Assembly: GCF_051652165.1 (NCBI RefSeq)
Contig: NZ_JBOFTR010000004.1
Span: forward strand, 439,756-471,755
DNA length: 32,000 nucleotides
Source: Plesiomonas sp.
GTDB lineage: Bacteria > Pseudomonadota > Gammaproteobacteria > Enterobacterales > CAMTGL01
Direction of reading: 5' to 3'
Below, in pieces: positions 9,657-17,933 of this stretch; position 1 is the first letter of the stretch, and every line of letters begins with the position of its first letter. The position numbers and the translations under genes were made by a program. The notes below the pieces were generated by a model. The model was not told the origin of the DNA and did not search any database. It saw nothing but the letters and a program-made list of their open reading frames with translations.

Positions 9657-10595
9657 ATGAGTCTTTCTTTAAAATCCGCAAAATATGATATTGATTGTGC
9701 TCTTGATGTACTTGATTCATTTTTAGATCGAAACCCTATTAGTCATCTTTGGCTGTATGAGTTACCACAATGGAACAGAGAAGATGAAGGTAATCTTCCC
9801 GACATCATTCCTGTTACTGAAATTATTGGTGGGGAAGAGCTCACTCCGCTATTAATGAAAATATATCGGCAATTTTATGCACCTGAGACTCAAAGTACTC
9901 ACTTAATACCCTCAACAAAAATTGTTCAACGCTATCCTGGGTTAGCAGTATGCTCAGGAGACTATAATGAACTCAATAAAATTATCTGTAATATAAATGA
10001 GAGTAAAGATAGATTCGCTAATGCAATTACAGCTGTCGGTAATTCAGAGCAACGTTTTGAAGCGGTGCATACTCGTTTTCCAATGATGATAACATTACAG
10101 GCAACTCGTCATATTAAATTGTTACCCTGTAACACAAAAAAAATAAGCTTCTCATGGCAAAGGCCAATTGCATCAAAAAGTGACAGTGATAAACTCAATA
10201 AATTTTCATTACTTGAAAAACTAACTCAAGAGCGACGCTATCCTCCAGCACATATTGCAATGAGCTTAGAAGGGGATATTTGGGCAGCGAAAATAGAAGA
10301 AGAGATTGCAATAGTTGAAGCTCTGTCTGAGAATGTTCAATTACGTTACCGTCGAATATTACGGGAAGTACCACAAGTTAATTGGGTATACGAAGAACAA
10401 CATCCAGATACAAGACTCACCACAACATTACGTGGTAACGGTAAAGTGAATTTACCATTACTGACAACATGTATACCCACAAAAGTGACCCCACTCAAAG
10501 AGTTTAACCGAATAGATGCAGAATCAAAACATCGTAGGCCAATAGGCAAAGGAAAATCACTGCTTCCACGTTTAAATATTGAAATAGTAGAGTAG
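9657..10595 (+). CDS. tus: DNA replication terminus site-binding protein Tus
   Basis: The ORF is 312 aa; E. coli Tus is 309 aa. RFEAVHTRFPMMITLQATRHIKLL aligns with E. coli [24 protein letters not shown]. The C-terminal LLPRLNIEIVE aligns with IIPRLHLYVAD. It neighbours folM-ydgI, as in E. coli. Confidence 0.9.
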   Translation: MSLSLKSAKYDIDCALDVLDSFLDRNPISHLWLYELPQWNREDEGNLPDIIPVTEIIGGEELTPLLMKIYRQFYAPETQSTHLIPSTKIVQRYPGLAVCSGDYNELNKIICNINESKDRFANAITAVGNSEQRFEAVHTRFPMMITLQATRHIKLLPCNTKKISFSWQRPIASKSDSDKLNKFSLLEKLTQERRYPPAHIAMSLEGDIWAAKIEEEIAIVEALSENVQLRYRRILREVPQVNWVYEEQHPDTRLTTTLRGNGKVNLPLLTTCIPTKVTPLKEFNRIDAESKHRRPIGKGKSLLPRLNIEIVE

Positions 10596-10614
10596 GTCAT
10601 TTACTGTATAAATC

Positions 10615-10637
10615 ATGCCCGATAATTAATCGGGCAT
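10615..10637. terminator. Perfect hairpin between convergent tus and folM (possible bidirectional terminator, weak U-tracts)
   Basis: ATGCCCGAT-AATTA-ATCGGGCAT forms a 9-bp perfect stem. The flanking T/A runs are poor, so terminator function is uncertain. Confidence 0.5.
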
Positions 10638-10696
10638 AGCAAGAAAATAAATTTTGATCGTGATTTGTATTATTGTGAATTTTAAGTTTTTATCAA

Positions 10697-11431
10697 TTAC
10701 TGTAAATGTCGACCACCGTCAACATGTAAAATCCTACCTGTTACATAATGGCTATCAAGCAGATATTGTACTGCTTTAATAATTTCAATTTCACCTGGCA
10801 CAATACCCATGAGTGATTTATTTAATGCTTTAATTTTATATTCTGCATCATCATGCGTATTAAACATAATTAATGCAGGCGCTATAGCATTAACCTTGAC
10901 GAAAGGTGCTAATTTTTTTGCAAATGAGAGTGTTAAATTCTCTAATGCAGCTTTACTTGCAGCATATGCAATGTGCTTATCACTGCCTTTTTCCACAACA
11001 TAATCAGTAAAATGAATAATATCCGAATGATCATCAAAATAAGTTTCCAGTAACATATTTAGTAAATAAGGTGCTTTAACATGAATTTGCATCATTGTAT
11101 TTAATACAATACTGAGTTCGCTTACTTTTTTTTGATCTGTTTTCCACTCCGATGCATTATGAATTAACGCTTTTATTTTATGTTTATTCAGCTTTTTTAA
11201 TGTAACCATAATTTGATCATAAAATGATTCAATACCCTGATCAGTAGAAAAATCTGCACAAATACAAATAGTACCTAATGCTGTTAACTCATCTACTTCG
11301 CGGTAATATGTTCGGTAGCTAATAATAACTGTTTTTTGTTGTTGTAAAAAATAACGAGTCAGTGCATAACCAATACGCTTTGCACCTCCTGTGATAATAA
11401 TGACATCTGAGTCTTCATTACTGAGTGGCAT
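10697..11431 (-). CDS. folM: Dihydromonapterin reductase / dihydrofolate reductase FolM (SDR family)
   Basis: The 244-aa ORF shares long identical blocks with E. coli FolM: IITGGAKRIG, ADFST, MMQIHV, SDIIHFTDYVVEKGSDKHIAYAASKAAL, HDDAEY, ALNKSLM, VTGR and DGGRHL. Confidence 0.9.
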   Translation of the reverse strand: MPLSNEDSDVIIITGGAKRIGYALTRYFLQQQKTVIISYRTYYREVDELTALGTICICADFSTDQGIESFYDQIMVTLKKLNKHKIKALIHNASEWKTDQKKVSELSIVLNTMMQIHVKAPYLLNMLLETYFDDHSDIIHFTDYVVEKGSDKHIAYAASKAALENLTLSFAKKLAPFVKVNAIAPALIMFNTHDDAEYKIKALNKSLMGIVPGEIEIIKAVQYLLDSHYVTGRILHVDGGRHLQ

Positions 11432-11480
11432 AAGATAGTACCTATCATAAGAAAGTGAAATAGCTTATTTAGTTTTAAAT

Positions 11481-11510
11481 AAAAAACCGATGCATTAACA
11501 TCGGTTTTTT
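11481..11510 (-). terminator. Rho-independent terminator downstream of ydgI
   Basis: AAAAAACCGATG-CATTAA-CATCGGTTTTTT. On the minus strand the stem is followed by TTTTTTATTT. Confidence 0.8.
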
Positions 11511-11516
11511 TAAGTG

Positions 11517-12920
11517 TTATGAATGTAAGTTTTGATACAACATCCATGTTGCAGGCAATATACCTAGCAACAACATTACAACGCCCATCCGATCAACACG
11601 CTCTAGAGGGATAACATCAATATTATTTTTTCTCGAATAGAAAAAAAGCAGCATACCCGGAGCATACATTAAAACAGATAACATTAAATGAGGAAGCCCT
11701 GATGCATACAATAGCCATATACCATAAGTACATGCACCACAACTGATTGTTTTTAAAAGTATACTGTTTCGTTCTATCGCAATTTTAAGCAAAAAAGCGC
11801 CCACTAAAAAGTAGGGCACTAATACCATTTCAGAGGCAATCGTTAATAAAGAACTGTACGTTCCACCATAAAAATAGATCAGCAATAATACAATCTGAAC
11901 ACAACTATTCGTTAACCATAAAGACGCAGATGGAGATCCATTTTTATTTAATTTTGCTAAATAACGTGGAAATGCATTTTTTTGTGCAGCAACATAAGGA
12001 ACTTCAGCAGCTAAAATGGTCCAACTCAAATATGCACCACAGACAGAGGTAATTAGTCCCAGACTAATAATGATTTTACCCATAGGGCCAATCATTAAAT
12101 CAAGCATACCTGCCATTGAAGGATTGCGTAATAAAGCAACATCAGATCTAGGCATTACTCCTACAGCTAATAATGTTACCAATAAATAGATCCCTAATGC
12201 TGATAACAAACCTAGCATAGTTGCCCGGCCAATGTCATGTTTGTGTTTTGCACGAGAGGACACAACAACAGCACCTTCAACACCAATAAACACCCAAACG
12301 GTAATCAGCATTGTTTCTTTGACTTGTTGCCATACAGGTGTACCTAATGCTATACCCGTAAAATCAATATGGAACGTATCCCATTTAAAAAAGAAAACTG
12401 CACAAATAATAAAAATACACAATGGAATAAGTTTAGCAATTGTGGCTAAATTATTAATACTTGTGGCCTCTTGTACACCACGTAAAACCATTGTGTGAAC
12501 AATCCAAAGTAGGGCAGATGAGCACAATAAAGCTTGCCATGTATTACCATCACCAAAAATGACATGCCCTGGGCTATCAGTAAAAAAGCTTAATGTTGCA
12601 AATAAAATAACCAAATAAGAGGTGTTAGCAATGACAGCACATAACCAATAACCCCAAGCAGAACAAAAACCTATAAACTCACCAAATCCTTCACGAGCAT
12701 ACGTAAAAATGCCACCTTCAAGATCGGGTCGTAAACGTGATAAATGTAATAATGTGAGTGCTAGAAAAATAATACCAACACCTGTGATGCTCCAACCGAT
12801 GAGCAAAGCAGCAGGGCTAGCCACGGCTGCCATATTTTGAGGTAGGCTAAAAACACCAGCACCAACCATGGAGCTAAGTACTAGTGCAGTTAATGCACCA
12901 AGACCAAGTTTTTTGTTCAA
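11517..12920 (-). CDS. ydgI: APC-family amino-acid transporter, YdgI/ArcD-like putative arginine:ornithine antiporter
   Basis: The 467-aa ORF is near-identical to E. coli YdgI over the N-terminus (KKLGL.ALTALVLSSM.GAGVFSLPQNMAAVASPAALLIGW) and many internal blocks. The start codon at 12920-12918 is TTG. The in-frame upstream stretch back to the stop at 12947-12945 contains no ATG. Confidence 0.9.
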   Translation of the reverse strand: MNKKLGLGALTALVLSSMVGAGVFSLPQNMAAVASPAALLIGWSITGVGIIFLALTLLHLSRLRPDLEGGIFTYAREGFGEFIGFCSAWGYWLCAVIANTSYLVILFATLSFFTDSPGHVIFGDGNTWQALLCSSALLWIVHTMVLRGVQEATSINNLATIAKLIPLCIFIICAVFFFKWDTFHIDFTGIALGTPVWQQVKETMLITVWVFIGVEGAVVVSSRAKHKHDIGRATMLGLLSALGIYLLVTLLAVGVMPRSDVALLRNPSMAGMLDLMIGPMGKIIISLGLITSVCGAYLSWTILAAEVPYVAAQKNAFPRYLAKLNKNGSPSASLWLTNSCVQIVLLLIYFYGGTYSSLLTIASEMVLVPYFLVGAFLLKIAIERNSILLKTISCGACTYGIWLLYASGLPHLMLSVLMYAPGMLLFFYSRKNNIDVIPLERVDRMGVVMLLLGILPATWMLYQNLHS

Positions 12921-13425
12921 TGTCGGGAGATCCTGAAGAATGGTCTAAACAAGCCGATATCACTATATCGGCCCCAAGCATTTTATATTATGGACAATGT
13001 GTTTTATCATAAAAATGAATAATCACTAATGTCATTGAATACTCGCAAATTTTACGCACATGTCGCTATATCAGCAAAGGATTTCTTAGAAGCGAAGTAT
13101 TTAATTTTGCATGATTAAATAACAAGCTAGTTGCTTCTAAAGCAGAGCAGAAAAGATTAATTAATATACTAAACGTCTATTTTTTAATTCAATAACCAAG
13201 ATAATACGTATATTATTTATCATATAAACAAATTTATACTGTGCGCAGCATTAAATTCATGCCTTATATAGTGAGAGGTAGAGTCAGATTTTGCATAGCG
13301 CGATCAATCTTCTGGTTGTTTATATTTTGTATAAATTAAGTGTTGTATTTGTATCTTTAGATTAATGTTTTCAACTAACACAAAAATGTTCTTAGTATTA
13401 CACATAATCTTATACGCACATCACT

Positions 13426-13453
13426 AGTGCGCACAATGTATATTATGTTAAAT
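13426..13453 (+). other. dif: dif, the chromosome dimer resolution site (XerC/XerD recombination site)
   Basis: The sequence is AGTGCGCACAA-TGTATA-TTATGTTAAAT. E. coli dif is GGTGCGCATAA-TGTATA-TTATGTTAAAT. The XerC arm matches 9/11, the central region 6/6 and the XerD arm 11/11. The site lies in an ORF-free region 2.8 kb from tus. Confidence 0.9.
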
Positions 13454-14446
13454 CAATTTAATGCGAAGCATACTGTACATAGTACGTAATCACATAAGTA
13501 AAAATGTATACTAGGTTGTTGTATAAAGAACCCACCCTTCTTGAAAGGATAATTTGAAATGACTGCTACGTTGATAACCGTAAGATAATCAATCAAAACA
13601 TACGATATTGGCATGTTAACATCGTGCACTTTAGGTAGGTTAAATCGCAGCTCATCACTTATCATATCGTCTACTAGCCTAAATGCGTAACAAACTGATC
13701 GCGCTACGTAAAATCTAAAGCATGTAAAGCACAATTGCAGTTATAAAAATATAAAACACTGTCAGTTTTGAATATGTATAAACGAGAATTGAATCAACAT
13801 AATCGAGATTGATCACATCAAATTATCATAACAATCCCCTCTTGTTCTTGTGTCCTAGATAGTGGCTCTTTTGTTTATCAAAAAAGCTTACTGCTAAATG
13901 GGTGATTTATAGCCAATCAGAACGCTGATGTTTAGAGATAATTATCATTTTTATCTCGTTATCCACTCACATTGACTGCTCTGTTATTGTGTACAACAAC
14001 ATGGCTAATACCACTCATGACAAATTAACACTACGCTTATAGTGTTCAAGGTTTTTATATTTACTCATTAAAAGTAACTGCTCAATTCTCTATGTCATAT
14101 AAAATATATTTGTACACTAAATACTAAAATAGCATCTTAAAAGACAATCAATTATATTTAATATGGGATGAAAACTATGGGGGATTAATAGAAGCGATTT
14201 TATAGCAATATACACAAAATAGTAGGCAGTGATTACTGTGATTCTTTATTCAATTATTCACTATAAATGATATAAATAACCATTGATCTGGTTAAAAACA
14301 AATCAGTCAATAACGAAAACAAATGACAATGGCGATTTAAGATATAAGCTACGTGTATAACACCCGATAAATTTTAGACGCAGCAAAAAAATCAATTCAT
14401 TTTCATTATTGCACTGGTCTAATGCTTTATAGGTAAGAATAGATAG

Positions 14447-14474
14447 AAAAAACCGTGACAATCAAGCCACGGTT
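14447..14474 (-). terminator. Rho-independent terminator of emtA
   Basis: The stem is AACCGTG / CACGGTT with a 10-nt loop. On the minus strand it is followed by TTTTTTC, just downstream of the emtA stop. Confidence 0.7.
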
Positions 14475-14498
14475 ATATGTTAAATAAGTATTGTTTAA

Positions 14499-15131
14499 TT
14501 AAATCGCATTATACATTGAGTTTAACTTATAAATATAACGTCTCGCTTGTTGATCGTTATGTTGTGTATTGATATACCGATAAACTTGTTCAGGGCTCAT
14601 GCGATTAATTTTTTGCAGTGCTTTTTTTCTATCTGGATGAAAGGAGCGTAACAATGCACCAGCACCATTACTGTATGCTGCCATCATTGCATAATGCATA
14701 CTTTTAGGATGCCGGATACCCGCCAATTGTTTATCACGTAAAATACTTAAATATGCAGTACCTATATCAATGTTATTTGCTGGGTTAAGTAAATAGCTTT
14801 TTGTTGGCATACCTGAGCTATTTTTATAAACACGAAACACTTCTCGTCCTGCTGTTTCGCGTTTAATTTGCATTAACCCAATAGCATTTGAACGGCTAAT
14901 GGCATTAGGGTTAAACCCTGACTCAATCTGTATCAGTGCAATAACCAACTTTTCATCAACCCCATAGCGACGTGATGATTTTTTTATAGAAGACATATAC
15001 CATTTAGCCTGTGGGCTTAATGTTGTATATTGATAACTGGGTTGTTTTGAAGTGTGTCTGCTTGAGCTGCTACAACCTGCAAGAGCAAGCGTAAACAAGA
15101 TCAACACAAACCAATAACGTGGCTTATTCAT
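14499..15131 (-). CDS. emtA: Endo-type membrane-bound lytic murein transglycosylase A (EmtA/MltE), lipoprotein
   Basis: It has a lipobox (LALAGC). The SLT catalytic block IQIESGFNPNAISRSNAIGLMQI and the C-terminal SYANGAGALLR..DRKKA and RYIYKL match E. coli EmtA. Confidence 0.9.
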   Translation of the reverse strand: MNKPRYWFVLILFTLALAGCSSSSRHTSKQPSYQYTTLSPQAKWYMSSIKKSSRRYGVDEKLVIALIQIESGFNPNAISRSNAIGLMQIKRETAGREVFRVYKNSSGMPTKSYLLNPANNIDIGTAYLSILRDKQLAGIRHPKSMHYAMMAAYSNGAGALLRSFHPDRKKALQKINRMSPEQVYRYINTQHNDQQARRYIYKLNSMYNAI

Positions 15132-15795
15132 AAATGATACACTAATACTCAGAGATACAAAAATTTTAGAAGAAAATCATAGCAATCTCTGCATTATACT
15201 TTGTAATGGAAATGATTGAAATGTGAACTAGATCAGTTATTGCACTCCTCCTCTTCATCATTATTAGTTTCACTGCTTTTCAATTTAGTTTGCTTAACAT
15301 AAAAAAAACAGACTAGATTACTCATTGCTTCATAAATGACCATCAAAAATATGAGTGTAAAATAACCAGTACCACCCTTTTCTTTCTCATATTCTTATAA
15401 AACGATGTCTTTTTTTAAATAAAAACAACTTATTGGTCTTTTATCACGAAATTTCATTAATGACTTGTGGATGTCTGTGGATTATAAGCTATAATCAAGC
15501 GGCAGTGCGCATTACAACGTTCTGTTGTTAGTTTTGAGTTTACGAAAAATTTATGAAAACCAAGCAAATAAGTATGTACAAGAGGCTAATCTGTGGTAAC
15601 ATCCATTCCGGCCTGTAAAGCAGACCTTATTTATGCAACAATTTGATTCTGAACGCTTCGCTACACCGCTTAACTTTGTTAGTAGTTGTCCTGAAGATTT
15701 TCGTTCAATTGGTCATCATAAATATTTCTTTATTCTGGCTAGAACGCGCTATGCGTAATGTTTAACTTTAAATAAAAGATTTTCAGGAGACTAAA

Positions 15796-16005
15796 ATGTC
15801 TAAATCTACTGGTACCGTTAAGTGGTTCAACGAAGAGAAAGGTTTTGGCTTCATCACTCAAGATAACGGCGGCGCTGACGTATTCGTTCACTTCCGTGCT
15901 ATCATGAGCGAAGGTTTCAAAACTCTGGCTGAAGGTCAAAAGGTTTCTTTTGACGTTGAACAAGGTCAGAAAGGTCCTCAAGCAGCTAACGTAATCAAGC
16001 TGTAA
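15796..16005 (+). CDS. CspA-family cold-shock protein (CspC/CspE-like)
   Basis: The 69-aa ORF has the RNP1 motif KGFGFI and the RNP2 motif VFVHF, plus GFKTLAEGQ as in CspC/CspE. The SD CAGGAG lies 7 nt upstream of the ATG. Confidence 0.95.
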   Translation: MSKSTGTVKWFNEEKGFGFITQDNGGADVFVHFRAIMSEGFKTLAEGQKVSFDVEQGQKGPQAANVIKL

Positions 16006-16044
16006 TTGAGCCTTCTTTAGTAAGACTTTTGTTTTACTAAAAGT

Positions 16045-16073
16045 AAAAAGCATCCCTAGGGATGCTTTTTTTA
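16045..16073 (+). terminator. Rho-independent terminator of the csp gene
   Basis: The AAAAAGCATCCCTAGGGATGCTTTTTTT palindrome is followed by a T-run. Confidence 0.85.
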
Positions 16074-16135
16074 TATCTACTGAACCCACTCTCTTTGCTT
16101 AGAATAAAAATACAGGGCCTTCATCGTATTACATA

Positions 16136-16158
16136 GAAAAAGCACCTATTCGGTGCCT
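16136..16158 (-). terminator. Probable terminator of the 92-aa hypothetical gene
   Basis: On the minus strand, GGCACC-GAATA-GGTGCT is followed by TTTTC. The stem is short (5-6 bp). Confidence 0.5.
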
Positions 16159-16181
16159 TAGTTTATACAATCTCTCTTTTC

Positions 16182-16457
16182 TTATTGTCGTTTATTCACA
16201 ACTCCCTGCTCTTCTTTCTCATCTTTTACAAACGTAATCACTGAAAAACCTAATGTCAGAAAGTAGTTATGCCGGAAGTCTTTTACTGCTTTTGAACCTT
16301 TTGATGTTGCAGCAACTTGTTGCTCCATCAAAATAAATGCTTTTAAATCAATACACTCGGCTTTAGCTACTGCCTCATACATATCGTGGTACTGTGTATA
16401 AGCAAAAGGAATTTCTTTTGTTTTTCCTTTAAATGTATAAACAATTCTGCGGGCCAT
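16182..16457 (-). CDS. Hypothetical small protein (about 91 aa), family not recognised
   Basis: I prefer the ATG at 16457, which has the SD AGGGGA 7 nt upstream, over the ATG at 16481 used by the track. The protein starts MARRIVYTFKGKTKEIPFAYTQYHDMYEAV and has its own downstream hairpin. It has no signal peptide or TM segment. Confidence 0.6.
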   Translation of the reverse strand: MARRIVYTFKGKTKEIPFAYTQYHDMYEAVAKAECIDLKAFILMEQQVAATSKGSKAVKDFRHNYFLTLGFSVITFVKDEKEEQGVVNKRQ

Positions 16458-16534
16458 TAAATTCCCCTGATAGCAAAACATTCACTATACTAAAATTTTT
16501 TATTAAATACAGTATTCTACTTTATTGTTTGATC

Positions 16535-17026
16535 TTATAACCTACGAGATTGCCAATACACTTGTCGCCAATACGGATTATTCATTGATGATTTCACCAC
16601 GCCTGAAGAGGTTGATGCATGAATGAAGCTATTATCATCTGCATAAATGCCTACATGTAACCCATTAGGCCCTCTTCCGGTGCGAAAAAAAACAAGATCA
16701 CCAGGTTGAAGTTCACTTTTCGTCACTTTAGCGCCTTTACGTGCTTGTTCTTTGGTTGTACGCGGTAGGCCAAGAGCAAAACGGTCTTTGAATGTTACTG
16801 AAACAAAACCAGAGCAATCAACACCTTGTTTTGTCATTCCACCAAGATGGTAGGGTGTTCCATACCAATCATCAAGCTGTTCATGTAGTGCAGCAATAAC
16901 CATAATGGGATCACCGAGTGAACCTTTAATCGATGTGCTTTTTTTTACCGGAGAAGAGGAACATGCTGCTAATAAGAGTACTGTAATGGCTAAACTAGCA
17001 AAGCGAAATGGAAATACCCTAATCAT
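16535..17026 (-). CDS. nlpC: NlpC/P60-family peptidoglycan endopeptidase lipoprotein NlpC
   Basis: It has a lipobox (LLAACS). The catalytic-Cys block GVDCSGFV, GDLVFF and GLHVGIY..FIHASTS match E. coli NlpC. It sits next to btuD, as in E. coli. Confidence 0.9.
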   Translation of the reverse strand: MIRVFPFRFASLAITVLLLAACSSSPVKKSTSIKGSLGDPIMVIAALHEQLDDWYGTPYHLGGMTKQGVDCSGFVSVTFKDRFALGLPRTTKEQARKGAKVTKSELQPGDLVFFRTGRGPNGLHVGIYADDNSFIHASTSSGVVKSSMNNPYWRQVYWQSRRL

Positions 17027-17123
17027 ATATCATTACCATTATTTTATTTTTTAAAACAGCCAGTAAGTGACAGTGTCACTTTATTCTTACTGACTTATAG
17101 TAACACCATAAATATGACAGCTG

Positions 17124-17885
17124 TTATGGTGTCAATAATATCTTCCGACCTTCAATGCTCATACACTTGAAAGGTACGCCATATGTTGATGATAACAATG
17201 CCTCAGTCATTATTGAGTCTGTATTTCCATATGCAATACACAGACCTTCTGATATGACCCACACATTATCAGCATTACACAATGTATGATTAAGATCATG
17301 CCCAGTCATAATAATAGTTACACCTTGTATTATTAATGTTTTTAGTAAATCATTAATAATGACTTGGTGCGCAACATCAAGAGCAGTCATTGGTTCATCT
17401 AAAAATAACAGCTTCATAGCAGGGTTGATAGTTGGCCAAACTTGCAAAAAAACAGAGACTAAACGAACTCGCTGCCACTCGCCCCCTGATAGTTGTGATA
17501 TTCGACGCGGTAGTTTATCTGTTAATAGCAACTTATCAGTTAACATAATAATAGTCGTCTCAACAACAGATGATGCTACCCCCTGATAGTGTGCATAAAT
17601 ATATTGATACACAGGGATATCCATAGCAGGCAGTTGTTGCTGTACTAAATATCCTCGAAAACGCGCTAATTCATGCAGTGACAACTGTGTGATATCTTCA
17701 TTTATGCCATTATCAATGTAACGTACACTGCCATTATCAGGTGTTAACATACCAGCCATTACAGCAAGTAACGTGCTTTTCCCTGCCCCATTAGGCCCAA
17801 TTAAATGAGTTATTTTATTCGGCTCTATTTGCCCTGAAATATGTTTTAATCGCTTATTTAAACAAACGCTCAGTAACGTTAACAT
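17124..17885 (-). CDS. btuD: Vitamin B12 ABC importer ATP-binding protein BtuD
   Basis: It has Walker A GPNGAGKST, the signature LSGGEWQRVRL and Walker B LLFLDEP. It is adjacent to btuC. Confidence 0.9.
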   Translation of the reverse strand: MLTLLSVCLNKRLKHISGQIEPNKITHLIGPNGAGKSTLLAVMAGMLTPDNGSVRYIDNGINEDITQLSLHELARFRGYLVQQQLPAMDIPVYQYIYAHYQGVASSVVETTIIMLTDKLLLTDKLPRRISQLSGGEWQRVRLVSVFLQVWPTINPAMKLLFLDEPMTALDVAHQVIINDLLKTLIIQGVTIIMTGHDLNHTLCNADNVWVISEGLCIAYGNTDSIMTEALLSSTYGVPFKCMSIEGRKILLTP

Positions 17886-17933
17886 ATATAACCTTATTGA
17901 GATGAAAATAGATGTATATTTATTTTATGCGTA

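Noticed and set aside
13471-13488. LexA-box-like TACTGTACATAGTACGTA just right of dif
   Set aside because: It has the CTGT half but lacks the ACAG half at the required N8 spacing.
13453-13734. 93-aa minus-strand ORF abutting dif
   Set aside because: It has a TTG start and no SD. Its Cys/Phe/Tyr-rich low-complexity product has no recognisable motif, and its stop codon overlaps the last base of dif. It is most likely a chance frame in the AT-rich spacer, though a decayed gene remnant cannot be excluded.
15466-15484. Tandem TGTGGAT repeats 10 bp apart (TGTGGATGT and TGTGGATTA) resembling DnaA boxes, upstream of csp
   Set aside because: They match the 9-bp DnaA box at only 7/9 and 8/9. Such near matches are frequent, and nothing else suggests an origin-like or datA-like locus at the terminus.
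15739-16089. 116-aa minus-strand ORF covering the csp gene
   Set aside because: It is antisense to an unmistakable CspA-family gene that has its own SD and terminator.
17103-17132. 9-bp inverted repeat ACACCATAA / TTATGGTGT spanning the btuD stop codon
   Set aside because: No U-tract follows it on the transcribed strand. It is probably just mRNA structure in the btuD-nlpC junction rather than a terminator, and it is too weak to annotate.
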